Source: Octopus sinensis (taxonomy: Eukaryota). From it: DNA of 64,000 nt. The position numbers were made by a program, and so were the translations under genes. Below, in pieces: positions 41,333 through 55,305 of the stretch (its first letter is position 1; every line of letters starts with the position of its first letter). Below the pieces are notes generated by a model. The model searched no databases. It was not told where the DNA came from and was given only the letters and a program-made list of their open reading frames with translations. The stretch covers positions 38,378,001-38,442,000 of the forward strand of contig NC_043004.1 in the NCBI RefSeq assembly GCF_006345805.1. The letters are read 5' to 3'.

Positions 41333-44300
41333 TCCCCATTGCTCGGGTCCTTTCTGATCAACATCACCACCGCCGGGTTGCAGATCTGGGAATTCTCCCA
41401 TTCTGCTACCAGTTGGTGTAGACGCTGGTCAGCAGGTGCCCGAACAAGTCTGGCATACTTTTGTAAAACTCATAGGTTAGATCAAGACCCGGTGACTTGT
41501 CTCCAGGGCACTCGGATAGAGCCTTGGTCACTTCTACAACTGCGATCGACTCCCTAGAGCACTCTGGTAGGAAGTCCCGTAGGGTTTCACCATGGTCTAG
41601 CGTTCCGTTCGTCCCGAACAACTTGGTGAAGTGCTTGTAAAATGCTTCACACATCTCATCCTTTGCTTTGGCCAAACATCCATTTTCGTCAATCAAAGAC
41701 CTGATTATGGCATCGTTGCTACGCTTGGTCTCTACCATTCGGGCTCACCCGGCAACATTAATTCCATTGCGGCCCAATGCACGTACTTTAGCCCGAACCC
41801 TGTATCCCTCATGTTTGGCTATTAGGTGGGGTCGAAGGCCGTTCTCGCCGACAAAATTTGGGATGCAGTCCCCAATCTCAACGTCTTTTCTAAAGCCAAA
41901 AGTAGGTTCCCTTCAATCCTAGCCTTATCTAAATTTAGCAGACGCTTAAATCTAACAGACAAAACTACCACCGGTTATTCGTCACGGTGCCGGTTAATGT
42001 CATTTTCACTAACTATTTAATCCGGTTACGGTATGCCTCACAAGCCAAAAGAGACAGCTTCGAGTAGCTGAATCCCTGTCTATAGGCATTATCTATGTTC
42101 AACCTACACTAAACCATTTAATGGTAAGTGTAGGCGACTTGAACAACCTGCGGGCAGATAAAGCTAGACTTATCTCTAATCCTTACAACTATCCTGTCTA
42201 AGTAAGACTTGAGCTTCCCGTCGCCATTCATCTAAGTCCACACTGGGACGCTCGGGTGCATAAGTCAATAACGATCTGCCAGCTGAAAACGCTTAAGCAG
42301 ATCGATGAGGCGTAAGTAAACATTCCTACCAGTCGAAGCAGAGCTGACCAGACGTGCACCCAGGATAGCATTGTAGTCTCCTAACGCAACTAATGTCATA
42401 GACATCACGAGGAAGTTTTCTAGGCGCCGATAGAAATCAGTTTGCTGCCTTCTTGTACAAGGCACGTAAATACCGATCAACCTGAAGGTCTTGTTGCTGT
42501 ATGTCACGTCAAGGAGGACTAGCCCACCTTCAGGGTCCACAAAGACTGTACTTGCCTGAAGAGCCAAGCCTTTTCGGACCAGGACTACTACACCTCTCGA
42601 CCTCAGGTCAGGCCAGGAGACATGTTTTCTCATAGCCATTCAAGATAGCCGAGAAGGTTAGTAGCCTATCCAGCTTGGACTCTGTAGCAACCATCAAATG
42701 TAAATCATGTGATCTGAGGTCGTCGAGGAAGCATGCTTGCTTCCACTTCGAGCTCAGACCACGCACATTTATACAACCAAGGCTAAGAGTTGACATTTTA
42801 AGGAAAATTAAATGTTCTACTTACATTTCATTGGCGATGTGGGGGACAACCATACATCTCGTGAAGGGGTCCACTTTTCTCTTTCCTGAGGTATTTTGGA
42901 ACGTCTTTTGACCTAGAGATAGCTTTTGGATGCCCCTCCTTCAGCTGTTTAAATAATATTTCGCCTATCCAGGCACATTGTCTAGGATAGTCCTTTTGCC
43001 TTGGATATAATATTGTAGCGTGGTGTGGGGCTATCACTTCATTTGTGTATTTGTCCTTTGGGAAGAACTCGACCAAAATTGGTCAATCGCCTGGTTTTTC
43101 TGGACGGTTGGGCGTTTTTTCTTAATGTTTAAATTGTATTTTCCGTTTTGGCGGGTATGTGGACGGGAATCGTATCAACGTTCTTTTTGTCGGGCCTCTA
43201 ACAACAGTGTACTCCACCTCCACCGCCTCTATGGTAGAATCTGGCGTAGTTGCACTTTTATTGTCAGGTGCCGTCGACGTTGAGCGGGGTGGGTCGATTT
43301 GTTGTTGTCGGGATTGGTGTGTGCATAGGTTGGGGCTTTCGGAATACTTGTTTGGGAACTTGTGTGGGCACGACAGTTGGGGGAGTGATTGTCTTTGCTA
43401 GTGTAGGGGCTGGTGTGTGTGGGTTTGGGAGCAGTTTTGGGGGTTTGTGATGGGTCAGGTGTATGTTTATTCACAGAAGTTTGGGCCTTTACATTATCTT
43501 CCTCATTTTCCTGCGTCGCAATCAGCCCTTCTATGGCCCTTTTCGATCACTGGGCTTTTTGTCTTTCACATGAATTTTGAGGGACACGTCCTCGCCTACG
43601 AGTACTCTGTCAGCAATCCTTTCTAGATCTTCTGGTGCAGCTTGAAAGTTGGATGCGATACTCTGCTCGAGCCAATTTTGGGGGTAGAGCGTGTTACTTG
43701 TAGGATATTAATTTTATCTTCCCTGTTAAATAACAGGTCAGCCATCACCTACGCGGCATCAACTCTCGGCGGTACCTCTGTAACCCTGACATGGGACGTG
43801 CGTCGCCCCATATAGGTTGGCAGAAGCACCAATTCTTTCGTCTTCAACGAGCTGAGAGAGTGCTGGAGGGCTATCTCTTGTTCTGAATCTGGATTCTACT
43901 GTGCCATTTTCCCGTCGACTTGTTATATAAGTAATATCTTTCCATATGGGTGCCAGGCATTTTTCTGTTTCATTTTGTTCCGTATGTTTCATTTTTTTTC
44001 TTCTGGGCAGAACGTTTTGAAAATGATTGTTTTTTAAAATATTTTCTGTTGTGTTGGTGGGAGGTGATATTTTAACCTTACCCTCCTCCTCCGTCATTCT
44101 TTTAAACATTTCGTGGAGTTCCCCCCACTGGGATCTCCAGACTTCCCATTCGTACGGCGGTGACTGCCGCAAAGCCTTTGGTGACTTTGCAGGATGGTTA
44201 TCCTCCAAGTTATCACAGTCTTCGAGAGAGCATTTTTCTCTTATTATCTCCACCGACATTTCGCTCGAGCACAGCATCGCACGATAAACAAACACAGTTC

Positions 44301-44771
44301 CAAGATTTTTCTTTGGCAATGAATAAGTTAAAATCTTATCCCTGTCAGGAGATGGGGTGCAGCTCAATGAAGCCAAAGACGGCTGTAAAACCCTTTTTTT
44401 CCAAAAGAAAAATCATAGCTTCCGTTCCTTTTTTCTGTTCAAAAATTATTTCCTCTCAAGAGGAACAACAGTTCAAATCCCACACCCGTTTGGGGGTGGG
44501 GAGTAGTTCAGCAATGCCTACAAAGGCTAAATTATAAAAATGCACTACGTTAGTAAAAATCCAATCGAAGAAACTATTGTCAAATGGTTACAGAAATTTC
44601 ACTATTCCCGAGAATGCCAGGAAATAAATTAGTCCAACACAGCCTGGAAACAGGCAACAGTTCAAAATAACAATTTTCAACAATAATTTTCGACAATAGT
44701 TTACAATAAATAACAGAGTTGCAACAATAAATACGAGAGTGCAAAAAAAAAACGACCGAAATCTTCAAACC
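41333..44771 (-). mobile_element. Tx1/L1-like LINE, paralogous to 9277-12515
   Basis: Same ORF2 start (42796) and ORF1. The 5' UTR extends to GGAAGCAAG at 44772. Confidence 0.9.
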
Positions 44772-44786
44772 GGAAGCAAGTTTCTA

Positions 44787-46280
44787 TATTTTATGAAATT
44801 GGCCATGAAAGCCGCACATAAAGGGGCAGCACAAGGTGGGGACCAAAAAAAAAAGAATGGAAAGGATGAATTAAATATAATGAAAAATGAAATGAAGCCG
44901 TTTTGCCCCACCTCGGAGCGACTTCATTGAACCAGTTAATACAACTTTTTTTAAAAACTAGATTACAATGCTTTTTATAGCGACAGCAAATTTCCGAAGA
45001 ATGTTTACATTATGTTTCATTTTAAATATCATGAAAACATACTTGTTTAAGCATTGAAATGGTGTCCAGGTTCTTGCCCTATCATTGATAGTTATGGTTT
45101 CTTCATATTCATTCAGTTCCGACATATATTCTGGGTCTGCCACTATACAACGAATGTACTCGGGCACCTCTTCACTCCTGATACATACACTTTTATAGTA
45201 CCGCCCCACAAGTCTATTTAGTCATACAGTTCTTCATTTTCGCCACTGTACAATATAACATGTTTTTCAAGGGCCTCTGAGAGGAAACTTGGGGCTCCGG
45301 TTTGCTTGTGTTTGTCTTCATGTCAGGTATGACATGGAGCGGGCTGGTGTCTTTAGGGAGTGGTTGGGGTAAAGTGGGTATAGGTGGGAGTCGAGTGGAT
45401 GTGGAATGGAGGTCTTCATTTACAACATGTGCCTTTTTCCTCTTCTCTTTCTCTCAACTGTTTCCCATTCATTGTCCACCTCCTCTTCCTCGACGCTAGT
45501 ACTTGGCTTTGTCTGTAGTGTCGTTTCATTCTCCTTCTCGTACTTTTCCTCAGCCAACACGGGCATTGGAGCACCAACCACTTTCTCACAATCTTGCCTT
45601 ACCTTAGCCTTCACAGGTGGTGAAGGACACTTCAATCTAATGCAGCCTTTCAAGCCACATATATAGCATCACGGAATCCTCCCTTCCACTCTGACTTTCA
45701 GCGTTGCATTTCCGACCGTAATAGTCTCTACCATACTTTCGATATCTTCCGAGGCAACCTGTACTACTATGTCCAGGCTTTGCTCTTGCCAGTTCCTGTG
45801 GGATGTTCTGGTTGCTTGGAAGACCAATATCTTCGCCTCCATGCCCAGCAGTATGGCAGCTACCAGCCACGCCACATCCACTTCTGGGGGTATATCTTCT
45901 ACCCTTATCCTGTAAACAAGCCTCCCAAGGTATACGTGTAGAAGTACCACTTCTTCGGTTTTCATTGGTGTTGCTGAGTGCAGCTTGACAGTAGCTACCT
46001 TCCAAAACAGCACCTTCACTGTCCGTATTTTCTTCCTCTGTCCAAGTAGGAAATCCCCTGCCAGACTGGTTTAAGTGCCTTTTCTATTTGAGCCGTCGAT
46101 ATGACTTCAATCTTCCTGGCTGCAACAGATTATGTTCTGCAAATTATTGTTTTCTCATTTTTTTTTGTAAAACCTTTTTGTATGAGTGTAGTGGGGACAC
46201 ATACATCAAACTTCGTTCCCCTCCCTTTTAATCATTCCCTTGAATTTACTCAATTCCTCCAGTGTCACTTCGCTTTCTTC
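44787..46280 (-). mobile_element. ORF1-only Tx1-like element (3' UTR, ORF1 with zinc knuckle; 5'-deleted)
   Basis: ORF1 homology at 45420-46260. No APE or RT motifs occur between ORF1 and the LINE-type 3' UTR (44787-44940). Paralogous to 60109-62111. Confidence 0.7.
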
Positions 46281-46610
46281 TTTCTTCTTTCGTATGTGTG
46301 TGCGTGAGAGTGAGTGTGTATAAGTATACAAGCATAAATATAATGAATGACAGAATTGTTCGTATTCACAAAAGTAGCATTCTAGTAGAATCATTACGAA
46401 GCCAGACAAAATGTTCAATGGCGTTTCTTCACTTTTTGCAGTCTGGTTTCATACTCTCTCAAGGTCGACATTCTCTTTCATCCTTCTGGATTCCATTTTA
46501 AGCGTTGTGTCCATAGTTGTAATAATTTTGTTTTATACTCATACATTGTATTCATACATTTGTATTCAATATTTGAGTGAAATGAGTTTTTTATATTTCT
46601 ATATTTTTAG

Positions 46611-47137
46611 ATTATTGCAATGGCCAACCGTTCAACGTTTACAATAGCATTTGCTGCGGTGCACAAGTAACATCTATAACTGGTTTCAAAGATCCTGCTT
46701 GTTGTGGAAATGTAGCATTTGACAGAGACGAAAAATTATGTTGCGGCGGTGCACTCGTTGCCAAATCAGCCACAGCAACTGGTTGTTGCGGTGCGACAGC
46801 TATAGATTTATCCCTTCAAGAATGTTGTGCCGGTACAGCTATTGCTAGACTGGCAAAGATATGTTGTGGTGGAACAGCAGCTACCAGAACTTCAATATAT
46901 CAAGTTTGTTGCGGGGCAACTGGAATGGATAAGACCAAGGAACTTTGCTGTAATGGTGCTCCTAAAACAATTGCAGATACCTTTAAAACAGGAAATAATC
47001 TCACACCAAACACATTTGCTTGTTGTGGAAATGCAATTTTCCGTCGAAGTACTAACTACTGTGCCTTCAATCAAATACAACAACGAGGGAATTATGCGCC
47101 ATGGTGGCCGTTGGTTACTCATCATCATGTTTGGTAA
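46611..47137 (+). CDS. Galaxin-like gene 2, exon 2 (joined to 28593-28674 it gives a 202-aa secreted protein with 20 Cys)
   Basis: TTTTTAG acceptor at 46610. The frame (T)AT TAT TGC AAT GGC... is open to TAA at 47137 (YYCNGQPFNVYNSICCG...WWPLVTHHHVW*). Its phase matches the exon-1 donor. The ORF track shows only the last 70 aa. Confidence 0.85.
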
Positions 47138-47149
47138 TTGATATGAAAA

Positions 47150-47178
47150 AATAAATTTCTGAAGCATGTAAGAATAAA
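47150..47178 (+). terminator. Putative polyadenylation signals (two AATAAA) of gene 2
   Basis: AATAAA at 47150 and 47173, in a 3' UTR nearly identical to that of gene 1. Confidence 0.45.
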
Positions 47179-47284
47179 TCCGTTGTTCTGTTTATTTTAT
47201 ATAGAATTTGTATTCATGCACTTCTCTCTTCGCTCTGTCGGTCTGACTTTGTCTCATTCTCTCTTGTATGTATGTACATATCTA

Positions 47285-47450
<166 letters not shown>

Positions 47451-47469
47451 TATATATATATATATAACG

Positions 47470-50400
47470 GGAAGCTTTATGAAAATAGACAAAAGACGAA
47501 GGCAGGTTTACGGAAATAAACAAAAGACGAAGGCAGGTGGAATACAAACAAACAATTGTATTAGTATGGCGCTCAGGAAATATAAATAAAACAAATCTTT
47601 AACGTTTCGAGCCTACGCTCTCAACAGAAGATACACAGAGAAAAAACACAGAAAGAAGGGAGAAAAAAAAATATGCGTGCAGAAGCTAGCGAATCAACAT
47701 GGCGATCTGATTTCGGCCAGAAGTCAAAGATCAAACATGAGACGCAAGAGCGAAATTAGGGGAGATAATAGGGTTGAATGACCTCGCTCAAACATAAGAG
47801 TGTGTGTGTGTGTATGAGAAAGTATTAGTGCGTATGAGAGGTCTAGACGTGTGTATGTATATATGATGTGATGTGTAAAGTCGTATGGTATAGTGTAGAG
47901 AGAGGAGAAGAGGGGGAGGGGGTGAGGGGGGAGGGGGAGAAAGACAGGGGAGAAGGAAAGGGGAGAAGAGGAGGGGGGAGAGGGGGTTAGATGAGGAGGG
48001 GGAGAGTTGAGACCAAATGGCGTATAAGAGCGAAGAGAGAAGATTAATTACTGTTCACGGCGCAAACGGGAATCCGGATGGCCTCTGTGTAAGGACAAAC
48101 CGAACACAGACAGGTGTTGCAAGGAGTGACCGGTGGAGCGGAAATGGCATGAAACCGGTGTGTCGTTCGCAAGGTGGATGTCACGAAGGTGTTCCGCGAA
48201 CCGGTCAGCCAAGCGGCGTCCCGTTTGTCCGATGTACAGGGAATGGCAGAGAGAGCAAGAGACGCAATAGATAATATTGCTGGAGGTGCAGGTGAAGGAG
48301 TTGATGATGCGAAAGGGTCGATGATGGGTGCCAGTGAGGAGGGTGGTGTTGGAGAGGTAAGGGCAAGTGCGGCAACGTGGGCGGGAGCAGGGGAATGAGC
48401 CAGGTTGGGAGGTAGGGTCAGGGAAGGAGCTATGGACCAAAAGGTCTCGAAGGTTATGGGCTCGTTTGAAAGAGGGGAGGGGTCGGTTAGGGAAGAGGTG
48501 TGAAGTGGACGGGTCGGACTGGAGATGACGGAAAGCTCGAAGAATGGTGTGTTGGAGAGGTAGGGTCGTGGGGTGGTAAGTGAGGGGAAAATGGAGGCGG
48601 GAGACTACAGGGCGGGTTCGGGGAGAGAGAGCAGATACACGGTCCACGGAACGTGCTCTGGCAAGGGCGGTGTGGATAGTGGTGAGGGGGTATCCACGTA
48701 GGATGAAGTGGTGATGCCATACGTTGAGACTGAGTCTCAAAGTCATGGTCGTCACTACAGAGCCTACGTAGACGGAGGAATTGGGAATAGGGGATGGAAA
48801 GCTTGGTGTGTTCTGGGTGGGAGGAAGAGAAGTTGAGATATGAGTGTGAGTCTGTGTGTTTGTAGTGAATGGAGGTGGTAAGAGTGGAGTGAAGAATGCT
48901 AACCGAAATGTCGAGGAAGGAGACAGAGGTGTTGGAGATAGTGGAAGTGAAGTGGAGGGCTGGATGGAAAGATTGAACGAAAGAGAGGAAGGAATCTAGA
49001 TGTTCACGAGAGAGTGAGGTGGCACCGATAATGTCGTCAATGTAACGACCATATAGTTCAGGAGTGGGACCAGTGAAATTAGAGAATATTTGGGCCTCAA
49101 CATAGCCAACGAACAGGTTCGCATAGTTGGGGCCCATTCGCGTTCCCATGGCCACTCCCGAGTACTGATGGTAGAACTCGCCCGTGAACGAGAAGCAGTT
49201 AAGAGTAAGGACAAGTTCGGCCAGACGAATGAGTGTGGAGGTTTCAGGTTCAGGGTTGGAACGGAGGTCAAGAAAGTGTTGAAGTGCCTGCAGTCCTTCG
49301 TGGTGAGGGATAACGGTATAGAGGCTCTGAATGTCCATAGTAAAAAGGATTTTGGAGGAGCCGGGAGGAAAGGAGAAAGAGTTGAAAAGCCGGAGAGCAT
49401 GGTTGGTATCGTGGATGTGGGAGGGAAGAGATGCTACTAGGGGGGCAAAGACACGGTCGAGGTATTTAGAGATGAGCTCCGTGGGGCAGTTACAGGCGGA
49501 GACGATGGGGCGGCCAGGGTTGTTGGGTTTGTGGATTTTGGGGAGGAAGTAAATGGTGGGGGTACGTGGGGTTCGCACAATTAGGTTGGATGCGGTGTGG
49601 GGGAGACGGGAGGACGAGATGAGATCGCGGACAGTAGAGGATACCGTCTGTTGGTAGCTACGTGTGGGGTTAGAGGACAGAGGGGAGTAGAAGGAGGTGT
49701 CATTGAGTTGGCGGAAAGCCTCGGCCCTGTAGAGGTCCGCGCGCCACACCACTACAGCTCCACCCTTGACAGCCGGTTTGATTATAATGTCAGCGCGCCG
49801 TTGGAGGGAACGAAGAGCCGAGAGCTCAGCTGGGGAGATGTTGAGGCGGCGTTGGCGACTGGAGAAGTTGAACCGCTCCAATGCACGCTGACAAGCGCCT
49901 GCGAAAAGATCCACTGCTAGGAACTGGCCGGGGGCAGGCGTCCACGGGGATGGTCGGCGGCCCAGGTCAGTGAAGCAGTCCTCTTCGTTGGATGTGGGTG
50001 GTGAGTCGCGGTAATGCGCACCCAACCGGACGCGGCGCACAAAGCTGTGGACATCAACTCGCGTCTGGAATTCCTTACAGGATGGAGTGAGGGGGATGAA
50101 ACGCAGACCCCTACTAAGGACGGAGCGTTCCGCCGCAGAGAGTGAAAGATCGGGGGGAATGGTAACAACAGACGGAAGTGGAGAAGGGGTGGGTGGAATA
50201 GAAGTAGGAGGGTGGTAGGGCTCGTGGAGGTCTGAGGGGGAGGGATTGGGGAGGTGTGTAGTGGGTGGTTGGGAGGGGCAGTAGGGTTAGGTGTAGGTGG
50301 ATGGAGCCTATCAGGAGGGGAGAAGGGGTTGTTGGGAGGGGCAGTGGGGTTAGGTGTGGGTGGATGGAGCCTATCGGAAGGGGAGAAGGGTAGCGGAGGA

Positions 50401-51290
50401 GTTGGGGTTGTGGCGTCGGGTGTGGTGGAATGGAGGAGTGATTGGAGTTTACGAAGTTTGGTATCGGAAAGAAATTGATGGAAGAGGTGATTCAAATGGA
50501 TAATGAAGCGTAGCGTGTTTGGAGCATAGAAAGGCGGCAGAGAGGAGAAAAACGTGAGGAAAGCAGGAGGAAGAAGGCGGTTGATGGTATGTAGTTTAGA
50601 GAGATTGGAGCGAAAGGTGGCCCGCATAAGGCGGGAAGATGTGGTGCGGAGTATGGGTAAGATGGAAGAATCCGAGTGGAGAGCAGGGTGGAAGTGGAGG
50701 CGGAAACCTTTAGGGATGAGTCGGTGATGTAGGCAGCGGCTTAGGAAAGAGACATGGCTAGAGAAGCGGGCTTTTTTAAAAAGAAGTAGAGAGAGATTAA
50801 TGGACGGCTGAAAACAGTTTAAAGGGAGAGGGCGGAGGTGATCCTTCAAACGATGATAGATAGTGAGGAGGTAGGACCTATAATCAGGCATGATGGGATA
50901 GCGAAAAAAAAAGGGGAAAAAACAAACGTTCGAAAAAAAAAACAACAAAAAAATAATCGTATGAGAAAACTAGATAAAAAAAGCGGTAGGGGCAGAAAAT
51001 AAAGGCGGAGAAGATGGGGCAAACGGAAAAAGGAAAGAAAGAAGGGAAGCAGAGAGAGGGGGAGGCAAAAAAGGGGGGGCAGGCAGAGGAAACAGAGTAT
51101 GGACATCCAGAGAAGGAAGAAACGACGGAAAGGAGGACAAAACTGCAGGAAAATGCGGAAAGCATGAAATGAATGTAAAAAAAGGGGTAATATATGAGAA
51201 AATAAAAATAAAACGAACGGGACAGTTTATGCGAACAAGTTCAAGGTTGAGAGTTCAAGGTTAGAAATGTTTAGACGTCGTGGTATATTT
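47470..51290 (-). mobile_element. Near full-length Penelope-like element (N-terminal domain, RT, GIY-YIG), few frameshifts
   Basis: ORFs 49917-50948, 48487-50040 (517 aa; TMDIQSLYT, AMGTRMGPNYANLF, YIDD) and 48048-48755 (YCVSCSLCHSLYIGQTGRRLADRFAEH). Confidence 0.95.
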
Positions 51291-51310
51291 TTTAAGGATT
51301 TCACATCAAT

Positions 51311-51357
<47 letters not shown>

Positions 51358-51472
51358 ATGTATGTATATATATATATATTTTTATATATGTATGTATATA
51401 TAAATATATATATATATATATGAATATATGTATATATAAATATATATATATGTATATATGTATGTATATATC

Positions 51473-51503
<31 letters not shown>

Positions 51504-51561
51504 TATATACACACACATATATACATATATACGTATATACACACACACACACACACACATA

Positions 51562-51610
<49 letters not shown>

Positions 51611-51632
51611 TACGTATATACATGTATACTTA

Positions 51633-52536
51633 CCGTAAATTCTCGAATATAATCTTCATTTTTTCCCAAAATATTATGGTCAAAATCCCTAGTGCATACT
51701 ATGTACGAGGTTAAAAATGAAAGATATTTTCTAAGCAATGTCCGAGTCTCTATTTGCTGTCCGGCAATGTTTATTCAGGCATTTTGTGATGTCGGGCGTG
51801 AAAATACCTTAAGCTAAACCTGAAAGCAATGAAATCATAAAAGCATCATCCATAACTTGCAGTAAGCAACATAAATTAAAATAAAAGTATTCAGAACACA
51901 GAATAACATGTACCAAAAACAATTTGCAAACATAGTTACATTCCCATATAATAGTTAAGAACATCACCATTATTGTATTACGCAAGCGCGGAAGTTTTTC
52001 TTCGACTAGGTGCTGCTGGCTTAACTACGCACGAATAGTGCTTAATAGTTTAGCGCTAAATATTTCATCCTGCTGTTTGTATTGACAGTTTGCATCATTA
52101 CCGTGGGAAACAACAGATACTTAATTAAATACCAGTATTAAATGTTTGAACTGCTGTGGCTCTTTACTAGGGCTTTTTATAATCGGGACTTAAACCTGTA
52201 CATTAATCTCCAATAAAACTTTTTATACATTACATGCCCATAAAATGCCTCGTAGATCTTATTCAGCTATGTTTAAACTTGAAGTTATGCTGAAGGGCAT
52301 GGTAATAAGGCCGCCGGAAGAAAATTTGATGTTGACGAAAGCAATGTCAGGTTATGGAGAAGAAATAAAGATGAAATTTAGTAGATGCCAAAAATAAAGA
52401 AGGCAAGGAGGCAATAATAAAAGACGTTACCGCATACATTTTCACAAACCAAGGATATTATATAGACTTCCCTGACTCATGTTAGAGAAGGGGTACGTAT
52501 TATACTCAAGGGCGGACTATACTCGAGGATTTAAGG
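51633..52536 (+). mobile_element. pogo-like (Tc1/mariner superfamily) internally deleted transposon
   Basis: TA-flanked TIRs (CCGTAAATTCTCGAATATAA). A frameshifted N-terminal HTH, MPRRSYSAMFKLEV..GNKAAGRKFDVDESNVRLWRR, starts at 52245. Confidence 0.8.
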
Positions 52537-52545
52537 TATATATAC

Positions 52546-52576
<31 letters not shown>

Positions 52577-52577
52577 C

Positions 52578-52630
<53 letters not shown>

Positions 52631-52708
52631 TATATATATATATATGTATATATATGCATATATATGTATATATATGTATATATATATGTATATATGTATA
52701 TATATATG

Positions 52709-52749
<41 letters not shown>

Positions 52750-53058
52750 TATATATACATATCTATATTAGGAGGGATGCAGTCTATTTGTATTGAATTA
52801 AGAAATAATAATTGAGGTAAGTCAATTGTTGTTCATCGACATTTCTCCATTTTCTGTTTTCTTTAAATTTTGAATATTGATAGACTAATGTTTATCCCTG
52901 TATTTACCTATAATATATGAGCATAATATGCTGGCATATGTATGCCCATGTTTAACATAGGTAATATACCGGTAGAGTAATGGATACTTTTATCCCTTAG
53001 ACAGTTATTTTAACCGCCAACTCAGCAAAACTTATATATATGTATCTATATCTATATC

Positions 53059-53172
<114 letters not shown>

Positions 53173-53415
53173 TTATAGATATAGGGTAAAGAATTATTAA
53201 TTTAAAAATTAATAATTTTACCAAGTAGATCGGTATGGAAAAAAAACCATTATCGGTAAAAACTTATAGAGAATGTTTTTTTTATAATTATAAACATAAT
53301 TAAGGGATCAGCAAAAAGTTGCTTCCCAACATACCGAAATAGCAGTCAAACAGTCGCATGATCGAGCGTGCATGTTTTTTTTTTTTTTTACATTTTCGGA
53401 TTTATAATCTAGAAT

Positions 53416-53474
53416 ATCATGCTGAAGAAGGAAATGAATTTTACACCATTCTAATCCCGAAACGCGTTCATGAT
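53416..53474 (+). ncRNA. Minimal type I hammerhead ribozyme
   Basis: ATCATG CTGAAGA AGGA-AATG..CATT-..TCCC GAAA CGCG TT CATGAT. Stem III is palindromic (ACGCGT) and the triplet is GUU. Confidence 0.7.
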
Positions 53475-53631
53475 TAACTAAGGACTGGTTAGTTTCGTTA
53501 TTTTTTCTCCTTTTTGCCTATGTGAATTACAATTATTACTATCTGTGGAGATATATTTTAATAGAAGAATTAGCAGTTTGACTGCTACTTTTAAATTTCG
53601 GTATGTGGTGAAGCAACTTTTTGATGATCCG

Positions 53632-53644
<13 letters not shown>

Positions 53645-53673
<29 letters not shown>

Positions 53674-53913
53674 TTCTTTACTACCCACAAGGGGCTAAAC
53701 ACAGAGGGGACAAACAAGGACAGACAAAGGGATTAAGTCGACTACATCGACCCCAGTGCGTAACTGGTACTTAATTTATCGACCCCGAAAGGATGAAAGG
53801 CAAAGTCGACCTCGACGGAATTTGAACTCGGAACGTAACGACAGACGAAATACGGCTACGAATTTCGCCCGGCGTGCTAACGTTTCTACCAGCTCGCCGC
53901 CTTCATATATATA

Positions 53914-53949
<36 letters not shown>

Positions 53950-54429
53950 TGTATGTATGTATGTATGTATGTATGTATGTATATTACTGTTAATAATTTG
54001 CAATAATATCATTGGTTGGCATGTGTAAAAGAACTTTACAGGCAAAATTATCAATTAATATTGAAGCACCAGTATGCTAAAGATAACAGTGAAATCGAAT
54101 CAAAGCCAAACTTTTCACTAGTTCATATAAGCGAAATCAGGGGAATAGTCAGTAAAATTTTAAAACCCTGTACCATAGACAAAAATAATAGAAAATGCAG
54201 TGGACATATCCATATCACTGTGATTTCGAAGTTCGTGAGGGAACACTTCGTTCTCGTCAGCGAGTAATACTGACCGAGGATTAAAAACATACCCGCTTCA
54301 TCCATGCGCTCGATAATCACTTTTTCAGTCGCACTAAATGGCAACTTGGACAAGTGTCTTCTACCATAGCCTTCGGCCGACCAAAGCCTGCGAGTGGATT
54401 TAGTAGACGGAAACTGAAGGAGCCCGTCG

Positions 54430-54469
<40 letters not shown>

Positions 54470-54723
54470 ATATATATATGTATTTCTTTACTACCCACAC
54501 GGGGCTAAACACAGAGGGGACAAACAAGGACAGACAAAGGGATTAAGTCGACTACATCGACCCCAGTGCGTAACTGGTACTTAATTTATCGACCCCGAAA
54601 GGATGAAAGGCAAAGTCGACCTCGACGGAATTTGAACTCGGAACGTAACGACAGACGAAATACGGCTACGAATTTCGCCCGGCGTGCTAACGTTTCTACC
54701 AGCTCGCCGCCTTCATATATATA

Positions 54724-54759
<36 letters not shown>

Positions 54760-55239
54760 TGTATGTATGATGTATGTATGTATGTATGTATATTACTGTT
54801 AATAATTTGCAATAATATCATTGGTTGGCATGTGTAAAAGAACTTTACAGGCAAAATTATCAATTAATATTGAAGCACCAGTATGCTAAAGATAACAGTG
54901 AAATCGAATCAAAGCCAAACTTTTCACTAGTTCATATAAGCGAAATCAGGGGAATAGTCAGTAAAATTTTAAAACCCTGTACCATAGACAAAAATAATAG
55001 AAAATGCAGTGGACATATCCATATCACTGTGATTTCGAAGTTCGTGAGGGAACACTTCGTTCTCGTCAGCGAGTAATACTGACCGAGGATTAAAAACATA
55101 CCCGCTTCATCCATGCGCTCGATAATCACTTTTTCAGTCGCACTAAATGGCAACTTGGACAAGTGTCTTCTACCATAGCCTTCGGCCGACCAAAGCCTTG
55201 CGAGTGGATTTAGTAGACGGAAACTGAAGGAGCCCGTCG

Positions 55240-55262
<23 letters not shown>
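53645..55262. repeat. Near-identical tandem duplication, ~810-bp unit (SINE + (TATG)n + unique segment + partial SINE)
   Basis: Identical ORFs at offsets 809-810 (53756/54566, 54016/54825). Confidence 0.95.
53672..53903 (-). mobile_element. Meta-domain-type SINE
   Basis: Minus-strand gaggtcgactttgcctttcatcctttcggggtcgataaattaagtaccag matches the MetaSINE-type central domain as I recall it. Further copies are at 54482-54713, ~21530-21722, ~27880-28016 and ~28060-28200. Confidence 0.75.
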
Positions 55263-55270
<8 letters not shown>

Positions 55271-55273
55271 TCA

Positions 55274-55305
<32 letters not shown>

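Noticed and set aside
53990-54345. Possible host exon in the 810-bp duplication
   Set aside because: There is no consistent splice-bounded frame and no recognisable domain. A hammerhead-like motif suggests repeat origin.
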